The position numbers and the translations under genes are program-made. 64,000 nt of DNA from Thainema sp. (lineage in GTDB: Bacteria > Cyanobacteriota > Cyanobacteriia > Phormidesmidales > Phormidesmidaceae), in contig JBQLZK010000040.1 of the NCBI GenBank assembly GCA_052168235.1, positions 1-64,000 of the forward strand, in the 5' to 3' direction. The notes beneath the pieces were generated by a model. That model was not told the origin of the DNA. It was given only the letters and a program-made list of their open reading frames with translations, and did no database searches. Shown here in pieces: positions 40,646-51,319 of the stretch (position 1 is its first letter; every line of letters starts with the position of its first letter).

Positions 40646-41520
40646 CGCTGCTGCTAGAGCCATTTGGGTATGAGTTTATTCGGAACGCTCTGATGGTGGG
40701 CGTTCTAATTGGTATTCTGTGTCCGGTCATGGGCACTTACCTGATTGTGCAGCGAATGGCGCTGTTGGGCGATGTCATTGCCCACGCGGTGCTGCCGGGA
40801 GTTGCGATCTCATATACGCTAAATGTTCCCCTATCAGTTGGAGCCTTCGCGTCCGGCTTTGTCAGCACCTTTGTCACGAGTTGGATTCGTACTCAGTCCC
40901 GCGTCAAAATCGACGCGGCGATGGCGCTGACTTTCTCCAGCTTTTTCGGTCTGGGCATTTTGCTCATTTCCGTTCTCAATGCGCGGATCGATCTAGAAGG
41001 GCTATTGTTTGGCGATATTCTCAGCGTGCTGCCGTCAGATGTCATCGCGACCGCCATCGTGACGCTCTTTTTGGTTAGCGTTGTGACGCTGTGCTACCGT
41101 CCACTGCTGTTTTACACCTTTGACCCACTTGGGGCTGAGGCGATGGGATTGCCGGTCAAGCTGTTGGATTTGGGCTTAATGGCCGGGATTACGCTGGCGA
41201 TTATTACCAGTATGCAGATTGTGGGCGTAATTTTGGTCATCGCGCTACTGGTTGGCCCCGCCATCACCGCTTATCTGCTGGTGCGCAAGCTGCACTGGAT
41301 GATGATTGTGGGGGCTGGGCTGGGCATCACAGATTGCGTCACAGGGCTCTATCTGAGCTACTTTTTGGATTTACCGTCTGGGCCTGCGATCGCGCTTGTT
41401 GCGTTCGTATTATTCATAGCCGCACTATTGCTCAGCCCCACGCAAGGTATTTTGACTCGGCCTGACCGGGTACAGCATGTGCAGCAGTGGTTTCAACGGT
41501 TGTTTAAGCAGCAGACGTAG
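40639..41520 (+). CDS. Zn/Mn ABC transporter permease (ZnuB/MntB-like)
   Basis: QRMALLGDVIAHAVLPG, LFGDIL, FDP..A, PSGPAI; probable TTG start overlapping ATPase stop. Confidence 0.93.
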   Translation: MLTLLLEPFGYEFIRNALMVGVLIGILCPVMGTYLIVQRMALLGDVIAHAVLPGVAISYTLNVPLSVGAFASGFVSTFVTSWIRTQSRVKIDAAMALTFSSFFGLGILLISVLNARIDLEGLLFGDILSVLPSDVIATAIVTLFLVSVVTLCYRPLLFYTFDPLGAEAMGLPVKLLDLGLMAGITLAIITSMQIVGVILVIALLVGPAITAYLLVRKLHWMMIVGAGLGITDCVTGLYLSYFLDLPSGPAIALVAFVLFIAALLLSPTQGILTRPDRVQHVQQWFQRLFKQQT

Positions 41521-41537
41521 CTAAAAAAACTTCCCAA

Positions 41538-41650
41538 TATCGCCGTCGCCACTGGGCTTGAGACAGTGACGCAGTCCAACGTTCAAACGGTTCAACCGAT
41601 TAGACCGTTTGAAGAGGTTCCCAACGTCCTAACCAATAGGACTACTGCTA
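41538..41650. mobile_element. Family C-like shell with AACGTT-rich hairpin core
   Basis: TATCGCCGTCGCCACTGGGCTTGAGACA..GTCCTAACCAATAGGACTACTGCTA; core TTCAAACGGT..ACCGTTTGAA. Confidence 0.5.
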
Positions 41651-41967
41651 GAGACGTCCCTGATAGCAATAATGGTCACAACCAGTCGCAAGCTAAACGT
41701 TACGTTTTGCTGCATTTGAGGAATCCTAAGGTTTAAGTCATTCAGCCGTCAACTGTCTGGTGCGACATCCGGTTAGAAAATTCCTAATAAATTCGCAAAC
41801 GGATTTGGCTAGCGGATGTGAAACCATCCGAAATCCGGGGCTGGGGAATTGGAATATTTATTGCGAGATACCTGCAAGTATTTTGTCCCCTTAAAATTAG
41901 GATTTGATAACCCATCTAGCTAAACACCGCTGATGAACTGACGACTGAGCCGCCTGGAGAGAATCGT

Positions 41968-44900
41968 ATGACCGACGTGCCTGGCAAGGTGCATCACCAA
42001 ACCACACCCGAATTTGCGTCTAATCAGACCTCGTGTGATTCATCTCATGGCGATCAGAATGACTCTGACTTGCAGTCTGTCCTTGCGGCACTCCAGGCCG
42101 AAAACCAACGGCTGAAAGCAGAACTGGCAGACGCACACAGACAACTCTCTGCCAATTCTCCTGCTTCCCCATCAACTCTTCCACCATCAACTTCCCTACC
42201 CTCAACCCCTGCTTCCCTATTAACCCCTCAACCCCTATCAACTTCTCCCCCATCAACCCTCTCTTCTTCCCCCTCCCTCCCCGACCCAGCCTCACCCAAA
42301 CCACTCGTTCAGAATCTATATAACTTTCTCGATCAGTTCACCATTGGCTGTGCGCAGGCCAACCTAGGGACGGGGCAGTATGTCTTTGTGAACCGAGCCT
42401 TTTGCAACCTGTTGGGCTACAGTCGCGAGCAGCTAATGGCGATGACGTTCTATGACATCACTCATCCCGATGATTGCGATCGCAACTACACGATTGTTCA
42501 GCAGCATATTCATCAGCCCCAGCCCGCCTACCGTTTAGAAAAGCGCTATCGCCACAGGGACGGCCACTACATTTGGGTTGAGGTTACGGTGATGGCGGTG
42601 CAGCTACCGGATGGTCACTATAGTCCGCTGGGTGTGGTTCAGGATATTCGCGATCGCAAACAGGCGGAACAGCAGCTGCAGCAGCAACAAGCCAGCTTAC
42701 AGGCCATGTTTGAACAGGCGGGCGTGGGATTTGCTCTGGTTGATATGGCTGGGCAATATCAAAAGGTCAATCAAAAACTGTGTGAGCTGACGGGTTATAC
42801 AGAAGCCGAACTCCTGCAGACGGGATTTCAAACGGTGACGCATCCAGAGGATTTACCTGCAGATGAGGCGCTGGTGCAGCGGATGTTAGCGGGTGAAATG
42901 AACCATTTCTCGCTGGAAAAGCGGTTTCTGCGAGCGAATGGTCACAGTGTCTGGACGCGGCTCACGGCCTCGCTCATTCGGGATAAGCAGGGGCAGCCGA
43001 TCTCCGTTCTGGGCATCGTAGAAGATATTCACGAGCGAATTCAGGCTGAGGCGATGCGGCAGGCTTATCTGCACGATCTCAATACCTGGCGCAGTCGGTA
43101 CGAGGCTGCCAGTCAAGCCAGCGGCCAAATTCTTTACGAATGGGATTTAGCGGCTGATGTGGCCGTCTATGGTGTCAATACGGAACGGATTTTGGGCTAT
43201 CTCAATGTGGAAATGCCGACCACATTTGCAGGATGGCTCCAACTGGTTCATCCCGACGATCGCCAGCGAATTCGGCAGGAAACCGAGCAATGCTGTCAGC
43301 AGGGAACCATGCTGCATCTGGACTATCGCTTACGACATCGCCAGGGCTATTACATTTGGGTGGAAGATAACTGCCGCTTTTTTACAGATGGTCGGGGCAG
43401 CATTCATCGCTTGGTGGGGGCCATTCAAGATATTAGCGATCGCAAACAGGCTGAGGAACTGCTGATTCAGCAGGCTAAGCGAGAACGTGCTCTCAATCAG
43501 CTCGTTTATGCAATTCGGAACTCGCTCAATCTAGCTGATATTTTCGCGACTGCCGTGCGGGAAGTGGGCCGATTTCTGGAGCTGGACTGGGTCAAAGTGG
43601 TGCATTACGACTCTGATCAGGCCGTGTGGCGAGTGGTGGAAGCGTATCAGCGAATCGATTCAGACCCTAAGTCCCCAGCGGCTGTGGGGATGGAAATTCC
43701 AGACCCCTATGATCCGTTTGCTGCTCAGATTAAGCAAGGGCAACTAATCAAGCTGGATAGTCGTTCTCCGGACGGGATGGCGCTTAGCGGCGATTTGGCG
43801 GCAGACGATTTCAGCCATCACTCATCAATGGCCCAGCAGTTTCCGGGCGGTTGGCTGATTGTGCCCATTCGATTGGGCGATTCTACTTGGGGCAGCCTTA
43901 CTCTGATGCGATCGCAGATGCAGGTGCAGTGGTCAAGCTTTGATATTGAACTGGCTCAGACGATTGCCGCTCAACTTGCGATCGCAATTCAGCAGTCAGA
44001 ACTATATCAGCAGGTTCACCAGCTCAACGTCACCCTGGAGCAGCAGGTGCAAAACCGCACGGCTCAACTCCAGCAGGCTATGCACTTTGAGGCGCTGCTG
44101 AAACGGATTACTGACCGGGTGCGCGATTCCCTAAATGAACCGCAAATTCTCAATACGGTGGTGCAGGAGCTGGTGCATGGTTTGGGGGCGCTGAGCTGCG
44201 ATTCGGGCCGCTACGACTTGGAAACCCAAACGTCGATCATTGCCTACGAATATGTCGATGCTGACAGCACATTCACGCCCCTCGACAGTATCGTTTGTCC
44301 AATGGCAAGCTTTCCTGATGTTTATTGCCAGCTGCTGCGGGGCCAGTCACTGCAAATTTGCTGGCTGCCGGAGCGCAATTTACTGCGGCCTTTTGAGCAA
44401 CCCTGTACGGCGTTGGCCTGTCCGCTGATTGATGATCAGGGCGTCATTGGCGACTTGTGGCTGTATCGGGCGGCGGATGATTACTTTAGTGAAATGGAAG
44501 TGCGCTTGGTCGAACAGGTGGCCAACCAATGCGCGATCGCAGTCCGGCAGGCGCGACTTTATCAGGCGGCTCAGGCCCAAGTGGATGAATTGGCCCGCCT
44601 GAATCAGCTCAAGGATGACTTTCTCAGCACGGTGTCGCATGAGTTGCGCACGCCCATGTCCAGCATCCAGATGGCCGTCCAGATGCTCGAAATTACCTTT
44701 GAGAAACTGGGGCTCCAGTTTGCTCCGTCGCATCCGATTTCGACTTATCTGCAGATTTTGCAGTCTGAATGCAATCGCGAAATCTCACTGATTAACGATT
44801 TGCTGGATTTGTCCCGTTTGGAAGCTGAGGTCGAACCGCTGGAGCTGATGCCGATTGAGCTGCATCTGTGGCTGTCCCATATTGCAGAACCATTTCTACA

Positions 44901-45351
44901 GCGTACCCGCCAGCAACAGCAGCAGCTGCTGCTGGATTTGCCAGCCAGCTTGCCAACCATCGTGACGGATTTGTCCTACCTGGAGCGAGCGATTACTGAG
45001 CTGTTGCACAATGCCTGTAAGTACACGTCACCCGGCGAGACAATCCAGATTGCTGCCCAAGCTGAGGCCACACAGGTGATAATTCGGGTGATGAATACGG
45101 GTATCACAATTCCCGATGCAGAGCGCGATCGCATTTTTGATAAGTTTTACCGTATTCCCAATGGTGACCCCTGGAAACACGGCGGCACCGGACTGGGGTT
45201 GGCACTGGTGAAAAAGCTGATTGAGCGCCTCGATGGCACGATTACGCTTGAAAATCCCCCCAATCAGGCAATTTTCAAGATTCAATTACCGTTCTGTCAT
45301 CGTCATGTCGGACAGGAAAGTGAATTCAAAATTCTGCGATCGCACGGTTAA
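41968..45351 (+). CDS. PAS x3 / GAF x2 sensor histidine kinase
   Basis: THPDD/THPED PAS motifs, two GAFs, SHELRTPM, ELLHNACKY, GGTGLGL. Confidence 0.93.
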   Translation: MTDVPGKVHHQTTPEFASNQTSCDSSHGDQNDSDLQSVLAALQAENQRLKAELADAHRQLSANSPASPSTLPPSTSLPSTPASLLTPQPLSTSPPSTLSSSPSLPDPASPKPLVQNLYNFLDQFTIGCAQANLGTGQYVFVNRAFCNLLGYSREQLMAMTFYDITHPDDCDRNYTIVQQHIHQPQPAYRLEKRYRHRDGHYIWVEVTVMAVQLPDGHYSPLGVVQDIRDRKQAEQQLQQQQASLQAMFEQAGVGFALVDMAGQYQKVNQKLCELTGYTEAELLQTGFQTVTHPEDLPADEALVQRMLAGEMNHFSLEKRFLRANGHSVWTRLTASLIRDKQGQPISVLGIVEDIHERIQAEAMRQAYLHDLNTWRSRYEAASQASGQILYEWDLAADVAVYGVNTERILGYLNVEMPTTFAGWLQLVHPDDRQRIRQETEQCCQQGTMLHLDYRLRHRQGYYIWVEDNCRFFTDGRGSIHRLVGAIQDISDRKQAEELLIQQAKRERALNQLVYAIRNSLNLADIFATAVREVGRFLELDWVKVVHYDSDQAVWRVVEAYQRIDSDPKSPAAVGMEIPDPYDPFAAQIKQGQLIKLDSRSPDGMALSGDLAADDFSHHSSMAQQFPGGWLIVPIRLGDSTWGSLTLMRSQMQVQWSSFDIELAQTIAAQLAIAIQQSELYQQVHQLNVTLEQQVQNRTAQLQQAMHFEALLKRITDRVRDSLNEPQILNTVVQELVHGLGALSCDSGRYDLETQTSIIAYEYVDADSTFTPLDSIVCPMASFPDVYCQLLRGQSLQICWLPERNLLRPFEQPCTALACPLIDDQGVIGDLWLYRAADDYFSEMEVRLVEQVANQCAIAVRQARLYQAAQAQVDELARLNQLKDDFLSTVSHELRTPMSSIQMAVQMLEITFEKLGLQFAPSHPISTYLQILQSECNREISLINDLLDLSRLEAEVEPLELMPIELHLWLSHIAEPFLQRTRQQQQQLLLDLPASLPTIVTDLSYLERAITELLHNACKYTSPGETIQIAAQAEATQVIIRVMNTGITIPDAERDRIFDKFYRIPNGDPWKHGGTGLGLALVKKLIERLDGTITLENPPNQAIFKIQLPFCHRHVGQESEFKILRSHG

Positions 45352-45372
45352 GTTTTGAGTGATAATCCTCTG

Positions 45373-45469
45373 TTATGGCTGTAATCAACTTTGTTAGGGC
45401 ACCGATGTTTTTGTGGCGTAGCGGAGCCACGCCACAAAAACATCCCAAGCAACATGACTATGGCTATAG
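45373..45469. mobile_element. Palindromic mini-element family C, copy 2
   Basis: GATGTTTTTGTGGCGTAGC-GGA-GCCACGCCACAAAAACATC..GGCTATAG. Confidence 0.8.
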
Positions 45470-46006
45470 TTGTTACCAATCGAGGACGATCAATTTTTAG
45501 ACTAAGTCTTTAGATAGATTTGGTACGTTATTGTCGGTGCGTAGAATTTAAGCGCGGAAAAATCTGACTCACCCATTCAGTTTTAGGTAGCCATATCGTA
45601 GCGTCCCCATAGTGAACAAGCAGCGGATTCAGAGCAACTCAATGCTGGACTATTGGTGTGTTCAATGTTACGTTTTAGCCGCTTTTAGAACGGGTAATGA
45701 TTCGGAAATTCAAGACAGATTAAGATAAGACTAATGGAATATGACAGTTAATTCGAAAGCTTTTCAGGAATAAAAGGCTTGGATTTTACTAATAAATTCA
45801 AGACAGAATTAAACGTGAGATAGCTTTGCCATAAAAGCAAGTAGATGGTAGTTGGAAAATGCTTTGCAGAACGTGAACAGGACTAGATGTAGACGCAGAT
45901 GGCTGTTTGACGACACAGCACACTACTCTGGCACGGCCCAAGTTCTGAGTTGCTACAAACTACGGAACCTACTGTGCAATTTTTTCTCTGAGTAGTGGAG
46001 CCGTCT

Positions 46007-49000
46007 ATGCAGAATCAGACTGTTCTGATTATCGAAAACTCTAATCAGGGAGATAGTCGATCCAAGCAGTTGTTGCAGGATGCTGCCAGCGCTTCGTTTC
46101 GGTTGCTGACCCAGTCCTGGGATAATTCGATTGCGGCTTTGGGCCAGTCACAGTCGATCGATGGCATTGTTATCGATGGCATTGTTTTAGATATTGATAT
46201 CGATCCGCTCAGGGCGTTAAGCCAGATGCGGCAGCAGATGGGCCAGTTCTGCCCTCCGATTGTGGTGGTGGGCGACGATACGGTGGAAACGGCTGTCCAA
46301 TTGCTCAAAGCCGGAGCCGCAGACTATCTGGTGCGGGAGCGATTGACGGCTGAACGGCTCTGTCTTGCGCTGCAATCTGCGATCGCAACTCCGACCGATA
46401 TTCCAACTGATACTCCAACCGAGACCCCAACCGAGACTCTAACCGAGACTGACGAGCAAAAGCCGCCAGAGGCCACCCTGTTGGATCAACTGGCGCGGCA
46501 TCAGCAGACCGAGCAAGCGCTACAGGCGGCCAACCAGAGAATTTCCTGCATTTTGGAAAGCATGACCGATGCCTTTGTGGCACTGGATCGGAACTGGCGG
46601 ATTACCTACATCAATCAGACTGCCGCTCGCATTAATCAGGTTGCTCCAGATGTGCTGATTGGCCAATCGCATTGGACTGTCTGGTCGGATACGAGAGATG
46701 AACTGGAGGAGCGATATCAGTATGCGATCGCAACTCAAACTCCGCTTCATTTTGACTATTTCTACAAAGTTCGCCAGCGGTGGTATGAGATTCATGCTTA
46801 TCCCTTGGCTGATGGTTTGGGCCTGTTCTTTCGGGATATCCACGAACGCAAGCAAGCCGAAGAAGCCCTGCGCAAAGCGGAAGAACGACTGCGTGTTGCG
46901 CTACAGAATGCACCCGTTACTGTCTTTAATCAAGATTGCGACCTGAAATACACCTGGATATACAAACCGGCGCTGTATAAGCCAGATGATGTCGTTGGCA
47001 AATGCGATCGCGATTTTCTGCCTGCAGATGATGCCGCAATTATTGTGGCTATTAAACAGCAGGTGCTGGATACCGGCGTCGGTGCCCGCCAAGAGGTCAA
47101 AGTCACCCAACACGGCATCAATCACTACTTTGACTTAACGGTTGAGCCACTGCGTGACGATCAGAACAGGGTGATCGGCATTACGGGCGCATCGGTCGAT
47201 ATTTCAGCTGTAAAGCGCACTGCAACTGAGCTAAGGAAGAACGAAGAACGGCTGCGTCTCGCGGTGGAAGGGGCGCAGATGGCGACTTGGGACGTGGATT
47301 TGGTCACGGGTCAAGCCATCTGGTCCGACCTCCACTTCACGGTGCTGGGCTATGAGCCAACCCCTACAGGAGAAGCATCGTCAGCCATGTGGAGCCAGTG
47401 CATCCATCCAGACGATCGGGAGCGAGTGTCCCAAGAGTGGCAGCAGTCTCGCCAAGAGCACCGCTCATTTCGCGCCGAATATCGGGTAATTCGCGCCGAT
47501 AACGATCAGATGTCCTGGCTAGAGGGATTGGGCAACTTTATCTACGACGATAATGGTGAGGCCATTCGTTCGTCAGGTGTGTTGTTTGATATTAGCGATC
47601 GCAAACAGACGGAAGCGGCTCTCCAGGAAAGTGAAGACCGATTTCGTACCTTGGCCGATAATATCTCGCAGTTTGCTTGGATGGCCGATGCGAGCGGCTG
47701 GATCTGCTGGTATAACCAGCGCTGGTTTGACTACACCGGCACGACCCTCGAAGAAATGCAGGGCTGGGGCTGGCAGCAGGTGCACCATCCGGATCATGTG
47801 GATCGGGTGGTTGAGTCTTTTCGTTGCTCTATCCAAACCGGGCAACCTTGGGAAGATGTCTTCCCTCTGCGCGGTAAAGACGGCAACTACCGCTGGTTTT
47901 TATCCCGTGCCCTGCCGATTCGCGACGAAGCCGGCAGCATTCTGCGCTGGTTTGGCACCAATACCGACATCACCAAGCGCAAGCAGGCAGAGGATGCGTT
48001 GGCGCAGCGGGAGGCCGAGCTACGCCTTGTTACGGATACTGTCCCCGCTCTAATTTCCTTTGTCGATGCCGAACAGCGCTTTCGCTTTAATAACAACCGT
48101 TACGAGGACTGGTTTGGTCAACCGACTACGGAAATGTATGGCAAGCATATCCGTGAGGTGTTAGGAGAGGCAACCTACAACAAAATTCGGCCCAAAGTTA
48201 GGCAGGTTCTAGCTGGACAGGAGGTTTCCTACGAGCTTCAATTTGTTAATAAAGATGGTGAGATTCGCTACGTCAGTGCCACCTATATGCCCCGGTTTAG
48301 CAGTCAGGGAACTGTAGAAGGCTTCGTGGCCTTGATCAGCGATATTAGTGATCGCAAACAGGCCGAAGCCGCCCTGCGCCAGAGTGAAGATCGGCTGCGG
48401 ATGGCGCTGGAGTCGGCTCAGCTCGGTACCTGGGATTGGAATTTAAGCACTAATGAGCTGCTTTGGGATGACTGCTGTAAGCAGATGTTTGGCCTGTCGC
48501 CGGATGCTGAAACCAGTATTGAGACCTTTTTCGCTGGTCTACATCCAGATGATCGCGATCGCGTAGAGCAAATTGTGCAACGCTCTCTTGATCCAGCTAA
48601 TGATGGAAATTATGAAGCTGAATTCCGCACAATTGGTCTGCAAGACGGCATTGAACGCTGGGTTTTAGCCAAAGGGCAAGCCTATTTTGATGCGGACGGC
48701 ACCTCCCGTCGGTTTATCGGTACAGTGTTCAACATTACTGACCGCAAGCAGGTGGAAGCTGCTCTGCGCGACAGTGAAATCCGCTTCCGCCAGATGACAG
48801 ACGTGGCTCCTATGCTGGTCTGGATATCGGACACAGACACGCTCTGTAGCTACTTCAATCAGTCTTGGCTCACCTTCACTGGGCGCACCCTAGAGCAAGA
48901 AATGGGTAATGGCTGGACAGAAGGCATTCACCCCGATGATTTTAAATACTGCTTGGATGTTTATAACAATGCCTTTGATGCTCGTCGTCCATTTGAAATG

Positions 49001-50326
49001 GAGTACCGCTTAAGACGCTTCGATGGAGAATACCGCTGGATTCTGGATGTGGGGGTACCCCGCTTTACCCCGGACGGCGAATTTCTTGGCTATATCGGCT
49101 CCTGTTTTGACATTCACGATCGCAAACAGGCGGAAAATGAGCGGGAGGAGCTACTCCAGCGGGAACAGGCCGCCAGAGAGGCCGCCGAGCGAGCCAATCG
49201 CGTCAAAGATGAGTTTCTCACCGTGCTTTCCCACGAGTTGCGATCGCCCTTGAACCCAATCTTGGGCTGGGCTAAACTGCTGCAGCGGCGCAAGTTCGAC
49301 GCAGCCGAAACAGCTCAAGCTTTAGCCACTATAGAACGTAATGCTAAGCTGCAAACTCAACTCATTGACGATCTGCTAGATGTGGCCCGCATTCTGCGCG
49401 GCAAGCTGAAGCTGAATCAAGTGCCGCTCAATTTAGCCAATGTGGTGGCAAGCGCAATCGAGACGATGCGGAAAACAGCAGAAGCCAAGTCAATCACGCT
49501 GAATGTGGATGTGGCCGATGTGGGTCAGGTCTACGGCGACAACACGCGCCTCCAGCAGGTTTTGTGGAATCTGCTCTCGAACGCGATTAAGTTCACCCCC
49601 TCCGAGGGACAAGTGGATCTCCAGCTCCAGCGAATTGGCGATCAGGCACAAATTATGGTGCGCGACACGGGCAAAGGCATTAAGCCCGATTTTCTCAACC
49701 ATATTTTCGAATCATTCCGTCAAGAAGATGCCTCAACTACGCGGCAGTACGGTGGCTTGGGCTTAGGTTTAGCCATTGTGCGATATCTAGTCAACGCCCA
49801 CGGCGGCACGATTACAGCCGACAGTGCGGGTGAGGGACTCGGCGCAACTTTTACGGTGCGCTTGCCGCTACTCAAAACGGAATCTGTTGTGCAGCAGCCT
49901 GATGCTTGGTTGCTTCAAGCCGATGTCGATTTGGCTGGGATGCGGATTTTGGTGGTTGACGATGAACCCGATGCCAGTGAGCTTGTAGAGACGCTGCTGA
50001 TTCAGTATGGAGCCGAGGTTAAGGCCGTTTCGTCTGCCACCGAAGCCTTGTCGGCACTGGCCGTATTTCAACCAGAACTGCTCGTCAGCGATATCGGGAT
50101 GCCCGAAATGGATGGCTACGACTTGATTCGCCAGATTCGCGCTTTACCTGTCGATCAGGGCGGACACCTACCTGCGATCGCACTTACTGCCTATGCCCGC
50201 GAAGTTGATTATCAACAAGCCCTCGCCAGCGGCTACCAGCAACACATTGCTAAACCCGTCAATCTAGAGCAACTGCTGCAGGCGATTCTTTCACTAGCGC
50301 AGAGTCGTCTGAAGGTGGTGGATTAG
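46007..50326 (+). CDS. Hybrid histidine kinase: REC-like, multiple PAS, HisKA, HATPase, REC
   Basis: SHELRSPL, NLLSNAIKF, GGLGLGL, ILVVDDE..SDIGMP; GGAG RBS before ATG 46007. Confidence 0.94.
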   Translation: MQNQTVLIIENSNQGDSRSKQLLQDAASASFRLLTQSWDNSIAALGQSQSIDGIVIDGIVLDIDIDPLRALSQMRQQMGQFCPPIVVVGDDTVETAVQLLKAGAADYLVRERLTAERLCLALQSAIATPTDIPTDTPTETPTETLTETDEQKPPEATLLDQLARHQQTEQALQAANQRISCILESMTDAFVALDRNWRITYINQTAARINQVAPDVLIGQSHWTVWSDTRDELEERYQYAIATQTPLHFDYFYKVRQRWYEIHAYPLADGLGLFFRDIHERKQAEEALRKAEERLRVALQNAPVTVFNQDCDLKYTWIYKPALYKPDDVVGKCDRDFLPADDAAIIVAIKQQVLDTGVGARQEVKVTQHGINHYFDLTVEPLRDDQNRVIGITGASVDISAVKRTATELRKNEERLRLAVEGAQMATWDVDLVTGQAIWSDLHFTVLGYEPTPTGEASSAMWSQCIHPDDRERVSQEWQQSRQEHRSFRAEYRVIRADNDQMSWLEGLGNFIYDDNGEAIRSSGVLFDISDRKQTEAALQESEDRFRTLADNISQFAWMADASGWICWYNQRWFDYTGTTLEEMQGWGWQQVHHPDHVDRVVESFRCSIQTGQPWEDVFPLRGKDGNYRWFLSRALPIRDEAGSILRWFGTNTDITKRKQAEDALAQREAELRLVTDTVPALISFVDAEQRFRFNNNRYEDWFGQPTTEMYGKHIREVLGEATYNKIRPKVRQVLAGQEVSYELQFVNKDGEIRYVSATYMPRFSSQGTVEGFVALISDISDRKQAEAALRQSEDRLRMALESAQLGTWDWNLSTNELLWDDCCKQMFGLSPDAETSIETFFAGLHPDDRDRVEQIVQRSLDPANDGNYEAEFRTIGLQDGIERWVLAKGQAYFDADGTSRRFIGTVFNITDRKQVEAALRDSEIRFRQMTDVAPMLVWISDTDTLCSYFNQSWLTFTGRTLEQEMGNGWTEGIHPDDFKYCLDVYNNAFDARRPFEMEYRLRRFDGEYRWILDVGVPRFTPDGEFLGYIGSCFDIHDRKQAENEREELLQREQAAREAAERANRVKDEFLTVLSHELRSPLNPILGWAKLLQRRKFDAAETAQALATIERNAKLQTQLIDDLLDVARILRGKLKLNQVPLNLANVVASAIETMRKTAEAKSITLNVDVADVGQVYGDNTRLQQVLWNLLSNAIKFTPSEGQVDLQLQRIGDQAQIMVRDTGKGIKPDFLNHIFESFRQEDASTTRQYGGLGLGLAIVRYLVNAHGGTITADSAGEGLGATFTVRLPLLKTESVVQQPDAWLLQADVDLAGMRILVVDDEPDASELVETLLIQYGAEVKAVSSATEALSALAVFQPELLVSDIGMPEMDGYDLIRQIRALPVDQGGHLPAIALTAYAREVDYQQALASGYQQHIAKPVNLEQLLQAILSLAQSRLKVVD

Positions 50327-50330
50327 GAGG

Positions 50331-50370
50331 TTGGGTGTTGGGTGTTGGGTGCTAGGTGTGTGGGGTGGGG
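50331..50370. repeat. STRR-like TTGGGTG heptamers
   Basis: TTGGGTG x3 then degenerate copies. Confidence 0.75.
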
Positions 50371-50438
50371 TAGAGTCATTGTCGTTTGGGTTGAGACAGC
50401 TAGACAATCTAAACGTTTAAACATTCAAATGCTTGGAA

Positions 50439-50539
50439 CTTACATCTTGCACCTTGTAAACCAAGAACCCAGAAGGGGTATTTCGCTGCCGCGATGCGGC
50501 GGCGAAATACCCTCTTCGGGTTTTAGTGCAAGATGTAAG
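50439..50539. mobile_element. MITE-like element E with 14-bp TIR and 5-bp flanking duplication
   Basis: CTTACATCTTGCAC..GTGCAAGATGTAAG, TGGAA both sides; core GGTATTTCGCTGCCGC-GAT-GCGGCGGCGAAATACC. Confidence 0.8.
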
Positions 50540-50583
50540 TGGAACGTTTTCAGAATGTTCTAATGTCTTAACTCACGTGGCTA

Positions 50584-50656
50584 TAAACCCCAACAGGGTT
50601 GAAAAGTAGAGTTTTCCCTGAGGGAAAACTCTACTTTTCAACCTGGATTTGGTTTA
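50584..50656. mobile_element. Palindromic mini-element family D, copy 2
   Basis: TAAACC..GGTTTA flanked by GCTA both sides; core GGTTGAAAAGTAGAGTTTTCCC-TGA-GGGAAAACTCTACTTTTCAACC. Confidence 0.85.
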
Positions 50657-50674
50657 GCTATAACTATGTGCAGA

Positions 50675-51319
50675 TCAATGCTTCAAACCTACGGGACAAA
50701 CCGATAAACAGCGGGTACAGCTTTTACAGTGGCTCATTTTGACGAATCCAGTTGTCAAAGGCTCTTGAGGGCATTTCCGAGCGCAGACTAGACAGTCGGT
50801 GCAGCCCTGCTGCTCTGGCCATTGCGGTGTGACTGATAGGGGATAGTCTGTTTTCAGGGCCGTCAAAATCACCCTGGGGCCAAATTTGGGATGCACTAGC
50901 AATCCGTAGGGGCTGAAGTCGCCCAGGCCAGCACTGACCGCTAGCTGCGGCAGATTGATTCCTGGTGACAGCGGATCAAACGCTGTGGCCGCATAGCCTG
51001 CCTGCTGTACCAGGCGCGTGATTTGGGCGAGGAACACTTTGGCCTTCGCAAATACCACTGGGTCAAACTCCGTTGACGGCCAGCGATGCACAAACACCAG
51101 CTTATCCCCCGCTTGGCCAACATCATCGGTATTGGCCTGCAAGAATTCTGCAATCTCCTCATCAGGGGTTTGGCTCATTGCTCGGCGCAGTGACCAAAAC
51201 TGGTCAGGAGCTTGCTTTAACAACAGCAGCGACGGCATTAGGGTGCCGAAAATTCTCAGCAGCGTTTTGTTCGTCGTGGCTGGAATGCAACGAATGTTGG
51301 GATGAACAGCAGTTGTCAT
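50675..51319 (-). CDS. QueG/reductive dehalogenase-like 2x[4Fe-4S] protein
   Basis: LAVSAGLGDFSPYGLLVHPKFGPRVILTALKTD; CTDCLVCARKCP; CKSCTRCLSVCP. Confidence 0.8.
   Translation of the reverse strand: MTTAVHPNIRCIPATTNKTLLRIFGTLMPSLLLLKQAPDQFWSLRRAMSQTPDEEIAEFLQANTDDVGQAGDKLVFVHRWPSTEFDPVVFAKAKVFLAQITRLVQQAGYAATAFDPLSPGINLPQLAVSAGLGDFSPYGLLVHPKFGPRVILTALKTDYPLSVTPQWPEQQGCTDCLVCARKCPQEPLTTGFVKMSHCKSCTRCLSVCPVGLKH

Noticed and set aside
43480..44570. GAF domains as cyanobacteriochrome photosensors
   Set aside because: No DxCF/Asp motif or CH chromophore-binding Cys recognised
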